Shown here piece after piece: positions 15,061-28,694 of a stretch of 64,000 nucleotides of DNA. Positions within the stretch are counted from its first letter, which is position 1; each line of letters begins with the position of its first letter. A program made the position numbers and the translations under genes. The stretch is taken from positions 37,820,001 to 37,884,000 of the forward strand of contig OX597830.1 of assembly GCA_951406725.2 (NCBI GenBank), read 5' to 3'. The notes below the pieces were generated by a model that had not been told where the DNA came from, searched no databases, and saw nothing but the letters and a program-made list of their open reading frames with translations. This DNA is from Octopus vulgaris (lineage: Eukaryota).

Positions 15061-15195
15061 CACACACAGGCACACACTTACATATATATGCATACATAAA
15101 GCTTTTTCATTTTTTTCTGAGTGTCAAACTAATACACTTGTTTGTTGTTCATACACCTGTCTTAGCTTTTTGTCTTTCTATAAATTTCAACTCTT

Positions 15196-15306
<111 letters not shown>

Positions 15307-15799
15307 GTGTAGGTCATAAGGTTTCCCCTGTGGGAAAGGCTTAAAGGATTTGGGGAGGAGTGTCGCATATGGCCGGGTGGCCCTTACACGACTTACATGT
15401 CCTTCCATGAGTGAGGCATGGGAAATGGCGGGATACAGGAAATCAAGCGACATTGAAGATAATGATGAATATATCGATAAGTAGGAGGTGAAAAAGCCTC
15501 GTTAGAAGGTTTGAAATCTCATCTTATTTTATTATTTTTAGTGGTTTATAACCTCAATTGTGTGTTAACAAAAACATGTTAACTAAGAGGTTTTAGTTCC
15601 TCCTTCTTGTAAGAGGTTTGAAACCTCATATTAATTTTTAAGAAAAGAAAATATGTTTTCGAGAAAATTCCAATCGGTGTGTGTTGGGTTTCATCTCTCA
15701 TTTATTCACTTTATTTCATTTTCATTCATTAATGTGTTTGTCCAGCCCGCAAAGCTACAGAATCTTTGTACTGTCTATATGTCGAATTTTATGAAATAA

Positions 15800-16195
15800 A
15801 GTAGCTTGCTTACCAACGACATGGGTCCGGGTTCAGTCCCTCTGCGTGGCATCTTGGGCAAGTGTTTTCTAATATAACCTCGGGCCGACCAAAGCCTTGT
15901 GAGTGGATTTGGTGGACGGAAACCGAAAGAAGCTCGACGTATATAAATGTATATGTGTCTATATGTGTGTTTGTTTGTTTGTTTGTATGTGTTTGTCCCC
16001 CAAACTCGCTTGACAGCCGGTGCTGGTGCGTTTAAGTCCCCCGTAACTTAGCGGTTCGGCAATAGAAACCGATAAAATAAGTACTAGGCTTAAAAAGAAT
16101 AAGTCCTGGGTTCGATTTGCTCGACTAAGGGCGGTGCTCCAGCATGGCCGCAGTCAAATGACTGAAACATGTAAAACAGTAAAAGAGAGAGTAAA
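15800..16195 (+). mobile_element. SINE family A
   Basis: Colinear with 11860-12243, including the 3' tail. Confidence 0.9.
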
Positions 16196-17242
16196 GAGAT
16201 AAAGCACATACTACGACCCATTTATAGCACAAAGATGCTTGTTGCGTAGTATGTAACAGAGGGAAAACCGGCTTTGCTAATCTTCATGATTTGAAGACAA
16301 GCTAAGAATGTTTTCTCTATGTTACATCTAATGTAACAAACATCAATTCAATTTGCAACGGTAGTAGTCCGTATTTTACTTGTGGCTTACCTTACTTATA
16401 TACATATATACACATAGATTACATTACAATACAATTAAAATGAACTGAGGCTGCATTGTAATATATTTAGAAATACCTGAAAGCTGTTAAATTATTCAGC
16501 TTGGTGTTTTTGATATTGATTCAGCATCTTGGGCGTTGTAGTATGGAAATCTTATGACTCAGATGCATCAATGGCCTTTAGGTAGATCAAGAAGAGAAAT
16601 ATAGATATAAAATGAAATATATGTTGAAGGGATATTGTGATGTCATATAAAATTGCAGGGGGAAAATAATAACGAGACTATGAATGCTGAATTTTGGTAA
16701 AATAAATATTAAAGGAGAATGATAAATGGGGAAATTAATATTGAATAAATATTAAAACAGCCAAGAAATTGTAATTGGAAGAGAACTAGATTATAAAAAA
16801 ACAAAACAAGAAAAGAAAGACGAAATAAAACAGGCAAAAATGACAAAATCCAAATACATCACAGAAAATTAAAAGAGAAGTGATATTGATCTGTTTAAGT
16901 GTGTAAACAGTTCAAAATAATATTTTTCGAATATAATATGGATAACTTATAGGATTCCATGAAAATAAAGCAAGTATTTATGGACAATAATTTCAGCGGG
17001 AAATAATTTTCTATTTGGGGATTCTGTAAATAATGCGATTTTCAAAGTATAATCTTTAAGTGCTACTAAAAAAGCTCATTAATGCCTTTCTTCACATATA
17101 CAAACACTAAATCACAGAAACAGACGCATTTCCACATACACAGCCTAACAGACCGTATGGATATATATATATAGATATATAAGGATGTGTGAATGTTTAG
17201 GTGTGTGTATGCATTTATACATCGTGCCTGTATGCGTCTGTG

Positions 17243-17346
17243 TATTCTTTGTAAGCCTAGTACGTATTCTATCCCACTATTTTGCCGAACAGCGAAGTTA
17301 TGGGGACGTGAACACGCCAGCAACGTTTGTCAAGCAATGATGTGGG

Positions 17347-17389
<43 letters not shown>

Positions 17390-17580
17390 ACACACACCCA
17401 CACACATATATACACACGACGGGCTCCTTTCAGCTTACGCCTCCCAAACCCACTCGCAAGGCTTTGGTCTGCCCGAGGCTATAGCAGAAGACACTTGTCC
17501 AAGGTGCCACGCAGTGGGACTGAACCTGGAACCATGTGGTTGGTTAACAAGCTACATACAATACAGGCATTCGAGCGCCT
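17243..17580 (-). mobile_element. SINE family A, 3'-truncated
   Basis: Reverse complement of the family A head and body (ccaaggtgccacgcagtgggactgaacctggaaccatgtggttgg). Confidence 0.88.
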
Positions 17581-17885
17581 TTTTATATATAGAAAGTGAG
17601 AGAGAGTGAGAGAGAGATCGTATTACGTATTGCCTTACATAATTGTTTGTCAGGGCAAACATATAATGCAATCAACTACGAAATTGTAACTAGTATTAGC
17701 GTTCGTTATCATATGGTTTGATAAAGAACAGTCCATTCGTGATCTGCGAATCATTGTTAAATTTAAGATATAGTTCATTAAAATTCTCTAATGGCTGACC
17801 TTACACTAAGAAAATCTAGCTTCAATGAACTTGATGCAATATCACTGGGTTAGGTCGTAGGTATTTTCAATATCTTAGTATCATT

Positions 17886-18087
17886 AGAATGCGGTCAGCC
17901 CTCACTATCATTAGCATGCCTGTTCAAATACTTAGCAGTATTTCGTCTAAGTTCAAATTTTACCGAGGTCGTCTTCGCCTTTCATCCTTCCAGGGTCGAT
18001 AAAACAAGTACCTGTTCAGCACTGGGGTCAATCTCATCGACTTAACCCAAGCACAAAGTTACTGGGCTTGTCCCAAAAGTTTGGAAC
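17886..18087 (+). mobile_element. SINE family B
   Basis: Family B core; flanking caatatctta repeats resemble a TSD. Confidence 0.75.
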
Positions 18088-20404
18088 CAATATCTTAATA
18101 ACATATTCTTATCAACACTTGAAACATATCTAGTGACAGGAACTGTGTGTTGTCAGAGTTATAGATCAATCAGATGAATATTTTTTCTTGTAACGTATTT
18201 TTACCAATGTGATGGGAACGCTACATAATGTGAATTATTCAATAATCCTATCAAATGATTTCGCTGTTGCCACATATATATGAATTTGTACTCTTCATTT
18301 AGTCAGGCTCCAGTGAAATTATGTTTCTGTAATTATGTCTCGTCGCTGCAATTGGTATTAAGATCAAAGCTATTGCTCTTTAAGAGGTTGGGACTTTAGA
18401 GTCTTCAGTTCTGTACATAAGCTATATTAATGTTCATTATCGTTTACTTTTTCCACTAGAACCGAAAGATTATATAAAAAAAAATATATTTCTTATCTAA
18501 CGTCAGAATAACAAGTTTGAGTTAGTTTAATGGACGTTTCTGCTGATTGGCGTCAGGTATATTTATGTGGGCTCTTTGACGCTGTTGGTCAGTGGTATAT
18601 TTTATAATAAGTATTGCTCTATTAATTGAAATCAGGAAAGCGTGCAGACAAATGATTAAATATTTAATGATCTGTTTGAGTTTGGCAATAATAGAGGACA
18701 TCTGGGTAACGATGCTTGCTATTGATATGTGTATGTATTACTATAACATCAAACTGGGTGTGTGTATGTAGATCTTCAGATATATACGTACGAAATAAAC
18801 ATATGCGCACATTTATGTATGTTTATAAGGTCGAGATGAGGGTAGCAGATTAATTGTAACCTTCTTTCTTACGGCTCACTGCCGATGAATAGCTCATGCA
18901 GTGAACCGCAAAGGACAGCCATATGTGAATTAGTAAGACCTCCGTTGGCAAAAATTCCTGCCACATTCATACGGCTACACATGGGATCTGGATTGTTCAC
19001 GGTTCAGATAATATGCTACATTACACATCAATTATTCCCCTCTCAGCGAGTGAACGCACAAGAAAATCAGCCTTTGATGCTTAATTTCAAGTCAATTTCT
19101 GATAGATTGGATTGCCAGTAGCCTCATGTAGCTGTCGTCTTCTGTTTCCCTTGCTACTCAGTGTATATTTTTCATGTAAATATTAATACGAGAACTTAGT
19201 ATGTTTATCAGTTTTACGCAAAATGAATGTTAATTGGCGGAATGTTAATTCCGAAAATTCGGACCAATCAAGAATCTAGCAATTGTAGCAGAACTTCTAG
19301 AGGAGCATTTGTGATTGCCAATGGTCTCTGGCAATTTAAATTGTGTAGAATTCTGTAGATCTATGTGCCACTGAGCTCCATTATCTGCAAATCAGTGGTT
19401 TTTCAATATATATTGGAACTATAGCTGTCCATAGGGAGATGCGGCCTACCTTCATAGTTTGGAAGCTAGAAATTTAGTTTGATGGGCTAATTTTTGTAAA
19501 GACATGTTTATTATAGCGTAGTTGCAACAAATGGTCTGTTGTTTTAATAGATTGATTCAACTATTGGTATTAGAATGTCTTCCCCATAAAGAGATCTTTT
19601 TCATTTGGCGGGAAATATTAAAAAAATCGGTTCAAAAATAATTTGTACTTTGTAGAGGAACGCATATTCAATCAGTGGTTTTTACTAGAAACCTTTCAAA
19701 TATGTTCGGCATCCATGAGCGTAATCTAGAAACTATTAGCCTCTTGCTTGTGGCAGCAGTGATTTGAATCTACACTATCTCTCAACCAGTTCATACACGA
19801 GGTAAATTTCCACCAGAAAGGGTTCATTAAAGTAATAAATTCTATTTTAATATGACCTCTGATAAAGGAACCTCGATATTAAATTTTGTTCGTGCTGTTA
19901 AACCGTGATATATTGCACCAAATGGATATACCTTGGCGCAATATCACGAATCCTAAACGTATTCTCGCTGCTAAAAATAAGAGATTCTCAAAGTATGGTT
20001 CAAAATATATTCTGCTTAACATACTTTTTCCTCTTTTTTAATCAATGAAAGTTTTGCCATACTTATATCATTAGTAATATCAATTAAGATTCGTAAAGCT
20101 CTTCTAATTGTCTATTTTTTTTTTGTGATCGATGTCATCAAATATACCTTCGCCACCAAAATTATCTAGGGACATCTCCGTCATGCTGACTACATTTATA
20201 TCATTATTGTCATCAATTTCAACGTAAATGACGTTTTCTTATCCGTTTTCTTAACTATAATGGCGCTGTACATAGAATACATATACTGTAGATAAATCAT
20301 AATGGACAATTTGAATGAGCGTTTCGAAAATTATCAAAAAGAATAAAGCATTTCAAAATGTTTTCCTTCATTCATCAAGTTGTCTGATAATACTGCCACT
20401 AATA

Positions 20405-20617
20405 TTCTTCTTAAATAGGCACAAAGTCGGAACTTTGAGGGGGAGTGTTATTGTATTAAATCGACCCGAGTGTTCAACTAGTACATATTTCCTCGAGCCT
20501 AAACGACTGGAAGGAAAAATAGACCTTCGCTGGATTTGAGCTCAGACTATAATGCCGAAAGAGCTGTCTCAAAGCATTTTGTTCGGCGCGCTAACGATTC
20601 TGCTAGCTCGACGCTTT
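20405..20617 (-). mobile_element. SINE family B, diverged
   Basis: Reverse-complement match to the family B head and core (gcgcgctaacgattctgctagctcgac). Confidence 0.7.
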
Positions 20618-21099
20618 AATTGCTGTTACTGATATTGATACAACGCCTACATCGACAAACACCTATTATATGAAATAGAGATTAAAAGCAAAGAATGTTG
20701 CCAATTCCTACACTGTAAACATGCTTTCGGCGACAGAACATTAACTAGAAATGCCGGCAAGTCCTATAAAATTGTAATGGATGGAATCTACAATTAGGAG
20801 GAATTAAATAGAAGATAGAATACCTAACAGGAAACAAAAGTGTATCGGTCGTTAATGTAAGTGAAGCTAACGCAGAGACAGGGAAAACATTAAGCTATCT
20901 CATGGAAAAAAGGGAAGATTTGGTTAGAGACGAAATTAAATTAAAAATACAGAAGGATGGTCACAGTGACCAAGATGGATAAAATTCACCAAAATAGCAA
21001 TGTAAAATCAGCCAATATTACATTTAGATTATATGCTAGGAAAATGTAGTAGGATGTGTTATGTATACATAAGCTAAGGATATAAGGCTCCAGCAAGTA

Positions 21100-22400
21100 C
21101 GCCGAGGCAAATGCCTAAGTGGAAATGTTTAGCAAATAGCATCGAGGTGTTCAAACTGGAACTGAGTAAACTACGATGGTTTAAAGAAGGTGCTCTAATA
21201 AATGTCATTAAAACATTCGAAGGAAAGTAGGAAGAGAGATTGGAATAAAAGAAACAAAATCAATATGAAGAATGACATCAACGTCAGGTGAGATACAAGT
21301 ATATGAGAACAATTTTGTTTGCATAAACAATAAGAAAACATTTCCGAAAACTTATATAGAGTAGAAAAGCACAGCAGTGAGACATTAGGAGCAGAGCGAA
21401 GCTGCGTTAGTGAAGTACATTGGACCAGAAAATTATCTATTAATATTTGGTAGAGTATGTAGCAGCGGTGCGGTAAAAAATGAATTAAGGCGACTAAAAC
21501 AACAGAACAATCTAGCAATCCAAATGCGGAGTGTTGTAACACAAAATCCCATAATATCAAATTCGAAAACACCAGAACCAGACAGGCTGTAAAGTGTTTG
21601 GTTGATTACCCAAGCAAGAACTGCCTTGTTCGTTAACTCAAAGAATCCTGTGTAGGTTAATTCTAAATTGAAGGACTAACATTAAACCAAACCTATATAT
21701 AGGTGTTATGATATGAAACTACTGACTAATATCTTTTTAACCACTATTATGGAAATTGCTAACAAATGTGTTTGTGGGTATGATGTAGCCATGCTTTGAG
21801 TAGGAAAATTACTGCGAGGGAATGAAAAGAGTGCCGGAAAAAATTCAAGAGGAGCGAAAGACAAATGTTAATCTATGAGACAATCGTAAGAAAACCTGAG
21901 CGTAGGAGAAATGGCCTAACAATAGGGTGGATTTAGTGAAGGAAAGCACATGGTATGGTCGCCTACTCTTGGCTTCTAAAGACGCTCCAAATGTGCAAAA
22001 TTGCAAAAGCCATCACGAACAAGTAAGAATAAACACCAGAAACATGACTAACTGAAGCAATAAACTCCTACTTAGTAAAATTGGAATAGATTAAATATTT
22101 CCCTTATATTTTCCATTGGTCATATCTCACTCTACTGAAAACTGAGATTTTACAAACTGGATATAGACAAAGAACGAGAGAGTATACCGAGAACGAAATA
22201 TGGACATCAGAGAATCTTTACGGTAAAATTATAATTAAAAACAATTAGAAAATTAAGAATTTAAAGAAATCGAAAGTTTGGCTATCGAGTAGGTAATAAA
22301 AGGTCCGTGTTTCGGTAATGCAAAAAGTAAAAGGCATAAGCAAGACACGTAATGTTGTAGAATTCTGCTTGACATCTAACTAGTCAATACTAGAAGAACA
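21100..22400 (+). pseudogene. Highly decayed R4/Dong-like non-LTR retrotransposon RT remnant
   Basis: Conceptual peptides SNSKTPEPDRL*SVWL (cf. NWKxPGxDG..FWLK), SRGAKD.MLI, and GWI**RKAHGMVAYSWL (cf. AWIDYxKAYDMVPHSW). Boundaries approximate. Confidence 0.55.
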
Positions 22401-23752
22401 GAAAAGTGCCAACGTAAAAGGAAACATATTATGATCATTATATTACGAAAACTAATTTCCGCTCAAAATTTTGAAGGGAGGGAGTAACTCGAGGCCATAA
22501 CCTTAGAACTCCACTGGTGTTTTATTTTATCAACTCCCAAATGCTTAAAGAGAATATTGACGTCGGCTTGATTACATCTTAGTTCTTTAACAAAGTAATT
22601 TAACAAATACTGTTACACATTTCCTCGATGCTACACAGGTTTTACAAACAAATCATCATATATGAATATCTTAACAGAAGCACTATAATCGGGAATGATT
22701 TATCGATAAATCGAACTAAATGGTTGATCAGCATTGCATTATATCGACCCCCAAATAAATAAAGATTCGTTGCCTAATGCCACAAAATATACTGCCTGGT
22801 GCTCTTATGACTCTTAGATTCCACAGCCAGGAAATGTTACAAAAGCGTACAGCGATAAACTTAAAGCGACTGTTAAATCAACTACGCCGTGTGTCTGGCA
22901 AATCAATACTTGATCGCTTCTTTAATCTCAAAACTTATTTGAAAGTACAATTGCGAACGATGGCGGGTGAAGTACATCCGAAAGTCTGTCATTCGACAAA
23001 TCACGTGTGTTATGATTACATTTTATAGTTGTTTTTGTCAGACATGATATCTATCTTTTTTTATTTATTCATTTCTTTGCTGAAATACTATCTATATTGA
23101 CATACTTGTCCCAAAATCTTTTTTTACTTTTATTTCCTGACAGTTGACTTTATACTGTGTATCTGTCTTTTAGCAAATGGTTGTTTTTCAGATATATTGT
23201 GGTCGGCTGCCGTTTTTTGTACATTTCTATATTGTTATCGAGCAATTTTATTTTCTATATAGTTTACTTGTCTGTCTTTGCTATTTAAAGTGTAATGTTA
23301 ACTTTCTTCTTGGTATCTATCTAGATATACATATACAGATATACTATATAGACATTCTTACACACACACGCATATAAAAAATATATACACACACATACAA
23401 AAATACAAATACACACACACAACACACACATATGTACGTATGTATATAAGTATGTGTATATAAATTTAAGTCGCATATCTTCAAAATTTTCAAACACATT
23501 GGAATTTTCCAGTCAACATGTTTTAAAACTACCCCAGACGAAAAAGCCATATTGTTATACAAGTAAATATTTGTTTTGAAAATAATACGCAAATATATGA
23601 TTTTTCAAAATCCATTTCTTTTTTTTTTTTACTTTTGCCTTAGGCGGGTAACACAGTTCCGCAATGAAAGCTTGCAAAGTGTAATAACCACTAAAAAGAA
23701 CTTGTCTCATTGAGTTCAAGAAACATACAATAACACTTAAAACACACGAAAT

Positions 23753-23770
23753 GTAGTAGGAGCTGTAGTA

Positions 23771-23801
<31 letters not shown>

Positions 23802-23831
23802 CAGCAATGTTAGTAGTAGTAGTAGCAATGC

Positions 23832-23873
<42 letters not shown>

Positions 23874-23971
23874 TTGTAGTAGTAGTAGTAATAGTAGTAG
23901 TAGTACTAGTAGTAGTAATAGTAGTAGTAGTACTAGTAGTAGTAATAGTAGTAGTAGTGGTGGTGGTAGCT

Positions 23972-24003
<32 letters not shown>

Positions 24004-24050
24004 CATAATAACATTAACAATAAAAATAATGATGATGATGATGATGATGG
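23753..24050. repeat. (GTA)n and (GAT)n trinucleotide repeat
   Basis: Directly visible; gives the poly-T/poly-V pseudo-ORFs. Confidence 0.95.
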
Positions 24051-24186
24051 TACGAAGATGGGAATATTTCTTCCATGAAAATATAGAAATAAATATAAGC
24101 AAGAAAATATTCTACAGAAACATAAATAAAAACATTTCGATAGATGGCATAACAAGAACATCAGAAATTCAGTCATTCTAGGAAGG

Positions 24187-24290
24187 AAAATGGGGCAACC
24201 AGACGAAAAGTGGATAGTGTAAAATGGGGCACCAGACGAAAAGTGGATAGTGTAAAATGGGGCACCAGACGAAAAGTGGATAGTGTAAAA
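24187..24290. repeat. 33-bp tandem repeat, 3 copies
   Basis: aaaatggggcaccagacgaaaagtggatagtgt at 24187 (one extra a), 24221 and 24254. Confidence 0.95.
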
Positions 24291-25489
24291 GAAAGGACGA
24301 GCGAAACAGCACCACGGACCTGGCTCACCAGCATAAGCAAAGAGATTATGGATACAGTGAATACTGGAATACACTAGAAACAGGCAATGTTTTGGCTGAA
24401 ATATCTCATCCGTACACACACTCTGATAGAAGCATCATGTACCTTAATAAATTGCAAACTAGAATCGATATTAAACTGGGGGTTAGAAAGGCAGGCCATG
24501 ATAATGTTCAAAGGAAATCATCATATACCCACAAACTCATAGAAATGTGTGTGTGTGTGTGTGTGTGTGTGTGTTGTAAAATCTGTCGTTCGGGAATTTC
24601 TAGTACGAGGGATTCTGAAAAAAAAAAATTGTATTCGGATGGGGTTCGTAATTATGAAACAGAAGACAAAACCCGGAACCTTGTAGAAATCGCAAGAGGG
24701 AAGCAAACGCATGTAGCAGAGAAAGGCAAAAGGCATTCATGCTACAAGTGGGGGAAACGCATAAAAGCTTTCAACTTCCAGCAACGAAAGGAAACGACAG
24801 CTAAAATTTAGGACCCAATAAATACGAACGCAATTACTTTAGTAGCAGCAACAACAGGAGTAACCGCAAGTCAAACACCCACAGCAGCTACAACAACCGT
24901 AACAACAGAGATTGCAGCAAAAAGCTACAGAACTGAAAGCAGCATCGACGGCAACGAAACAATAACTTCAAGAATTGAAATAATAGCAACAAAAGAAACA
25001 AAAGAATCACCGTTCTGGAGACCCACCAGATCAGCATCAACAACAGTAAATGAAAATTCCCAGACAACGGTAAAAATATTTAAAAAAAACATGAAAACTT
25101 CAAAATAATAACCCACAAGCCAAGTCAGTATACGCTTGGGACCACCAAGATGTGTGTGGGGAAAGTAGCGATTAGGGGCATAAATGGTTAAAAGTTACTG
25201 ATCTAAAATGAAGAAAATGAAACAAAATGACGGGCGATAGCGGAAAACTGAAGGCATTCTTTCGAGCAACGATGCATGCACCAGCACCACCTTAACAACA
25301 GCTATGTTAGTACTATCAATATGATCATGACCGTCACCACTACCAACACTATCAGGGATCCCGCATTTCACATGCACGTTCACAAACTAATTTATACACA
25401 CAACAGATTGCAGATCACAACACGAAAAATATGATTCACTACACAGCCATAAACACATGCATTAAAGAAGTAATGGATCAAAAACACGA

Positions 25490-25985
25490 GCGTATATGCA
25501 TCACGCAGACGCACACACTGGAAGGCACGCACACACATACATGCAGACCCACACATGCATGCATACGTATACATCCATGCACACTCATATACGCATGCAC
25601 GCATGCATGCACACACACGTAGACACACGGACTGACATACGCATGCACACAGCCATGTGCAGACATACATGCACGCACAAATGTATGCACACACACACAT
25701 ACACACACGCACAAACATGCACGCATACATGCACATACGCACATGCACATGCTCACGTACATGTACATGCATGCAGGCACACACATACATACATACATAT
25801 ACACATGCGTGCTCACACATAGACACACGCACACACATACATGCACGCATATATGCATAATGACACATACACGCTCACACACATACATGCATGCACACAC
25901 ATACACCGCCACCGCCACTACTGCTACTACTACTTATACTACTACTACAACTATTACTACTATCACTACCATTACTACCACTACG
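25490..25985. repeat. Degenerate CA/CATG-rich and (ACT)n low-complexity tract
   Basis: Directly visible. Confidence 0.9.
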
Positions 25986-28371
25986 TGAACATAGAAACAT
26001 GCTGAAAAAAGGAGTAAATATTTAATTATAATGACTTGACTCTGAGGCAAAGGCGCATCTTGCGCCCTTTTGTAACTATAATCATAATATAAATGATTGC
26101 ATTGGGAGTATCGATGAGAAAATGTCCTCCTTCAGATGGTCTTCAAAGTGCTTCAGGAAATATATAGCTCATTTCATTTTGTCTAATTATATGGTGTTTT
26201 TAGAATTATTGACCAAAAATGCAGTTTAATTAATACGCAAAACTGCTGAAATGGAATTCATTCCCTTCTATTAAAAAAATATATCACAATGAATTACTTA
26301 AAAGGGAGAATAACTGATAGGTAATCTTCAAAATTAATTGCATTTCTTGGGCATCAGTTTGGTGTATTATCTTGGAGATAATTTTTCCACGATCTATATA
26401 TTCCTATTACAATGGCACCGATGTTAGGTTTAATCATGAATGTAAACCGAAATAGATACATGTTAACGGCATTTGATAAATTATATCAGCGCAATATCAT
26501 AATTTGTAACGATAAGATATATAGTAGATGAATATTTTGTACATGCTCTGCAAAGTCTATAAAGGAAACTTTGAAATGGAATTGGGGTGTCCTTAATTAA
26601 TAACGATGCGAAAACCTATCAAGTCAACAATTAAAATATTGTGGAATAAAAAGCCATTCCGTGAAATGAATTACATTCTACCACAATTATATACGAATAC
26701 GCCCTGGAGGAATAAAACGCAAGTTGATTACGAGGTGGAGTTTAGTAATTAAGGATGCACAGAATAACGAATACAAGCATGTATCGCATTTATCCATGTA
26801 TAAATATATTCACAGATTTTTAACTTCTATACTTTACTTGTCCCAGTTATTGGTCTGCAGTCATCCTAGGCTACAGTTTAGAACGCAGTCGGATATATAG
26901 TCTATCGGTGTTCTTTACCGAATCATTGTGCTTCAGGAATGTATGTTTATAGCAACAAATAGGAGGTGGGTGGAACGTACTCGCTCTCAGAAGTGGAATA
27001 TAAATTGGGGACATTTTGGTGACCGAATAAACAAATCTTGCTGTGTGAGTGCAATCAGAGGTTCAGACCTGATTTCAATTGATTCATACTCGTACAAATC
27101 TGCGTACGACTTAGATCTCTTTTGTGCCGGGAGGAGACTTATAGGTTTGTGCGTGTGTTTCTGCAAGCGTGGGTACCTATATCTATATGAGCGAATATAT
27201 TTATATCCACGTGGGCGAAAATGTGTGCATATGTGCGTATGTCTATGCGTAAGCATGTCTGATGTATTTAGAGTCTATTCACAACTCAACGTTTAACATC
27301 TTTATCGTCCCCCATCACAATTTAAGTTGTGCCGAGTCAACTTGAACTTCTTACGTTAACTATATTCTTTTTAATCTTCTCCTATCCCTGTACCAAGTTT
27401 TACCCATCCGACCGACTAATTGCGATGCTTGTGATTTGTTAATCACTGATTATCAGAATCACTAGTGCTGAAATTTGTCTTACCGTGCGATATGAGAGAA
27501 TGTCGCTACAGATGATGCTCAAACAAGTAGAAATTCCTATTTAGCAATTCCAGCACCGGTGTCACACATGTCATTTTATATTGATATGCTTCATGATTCT
27601 TAACACTATTTGTTTATACGAAATGTTCTTTCTCCTTCTCTCTCCCTCTCTCTTCTCTCTCTCTCTCTCGCTCTCTATCTTTCTCACCCGACGGATAACG
27701 AACTCTCACCGATTTTAACCATATATGCACGTTATGTGTGATATATGGAGCGGTATATATATATATATATATATATATAGATAGAAGATGCATACATACA
27801 TACATACATGCATACATATATATATAACACACGTATATATAAATATATATACACACCCACATATATCTTTGTATATATATATCTATATGAACATATATAC
27901 ATACATATATACATATATGGACATGTATAGCTATATATGTGTTTGTCTGAATGTGTTTGTATGCGTGTGTGTGTTTGTACACACATATAGCATATTCAGT
28001 GTCTTCCTAGCGTTTCACGCCGGATTTGGTGCATAAATATATCTTATATTATGTATGATGTGAAGAGAAAAAAAGAAGTTAGATATAACTCTTATTTCAC
28101 TGGAGTTGGCAATAAAAATATCGAACTCGAAATTTATGTATGTTTAAGAAAAAAATCTATGACGCTATATACTGTTAACGAAGTACATTTCACAGATAAT
28201 AAATGAATCAATGGTCACACAATCTCACAAATAATTACAGGTACATTCAGGAAACGAAGTTCATTGTCTGTGATCAGGCTGGGAAAAGGTCAAAATCATA
28301 GTCTGACCCAGTAAGTATCTAAGCGCTGTGTAGTAAGGTTAACTTATTTGTTTCCTATGCGAAAATATTAT

Positions 28372-28580
28372 TTTCTACTCTAGGCACAAGGCCTGAAATT
28401 TTTGGGGAGGGGACCAATCGATTTGTTCGATCCCAGTACGCAACTGGTACTTTATTTATCGACCCCGAAAGGATGAAAGGTAAAGTCGACCTCGGCAGAA
28501 TTTGAACTCACAACGTTAAGACAGACGAAACACTGCTAAGCATTTCTCGCGGCATGCTAACGTTTCTGCCAGCTCGCCAC
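28372..28580 (-). mobile_element. SINE family B, full monomer
   Basis: Reverse complement reads ggcgagctggcagaaacgttagc...gagttcaaattctgccgaggtcgactttacctttcatcctttcggggtcgataaataaagtaccag. Confidence 0.9.
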
Positions 28581-28694
28581 CATTTCTACACAAAAATACT
28601 GACGCGTCCTACTACGCGCTATCCATTATGATACATTTCTCAAGTGAGTTGTAGCTCATGTGTATTCTATTCATAGACAATAAAGAAATATGAA

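Noticed and set aside
24187-24290. CRISPR-like 33-bp repeats
   Set aside because: The units are contiguous with no spacers, there are no cas genes, and the context is eukaryotic.
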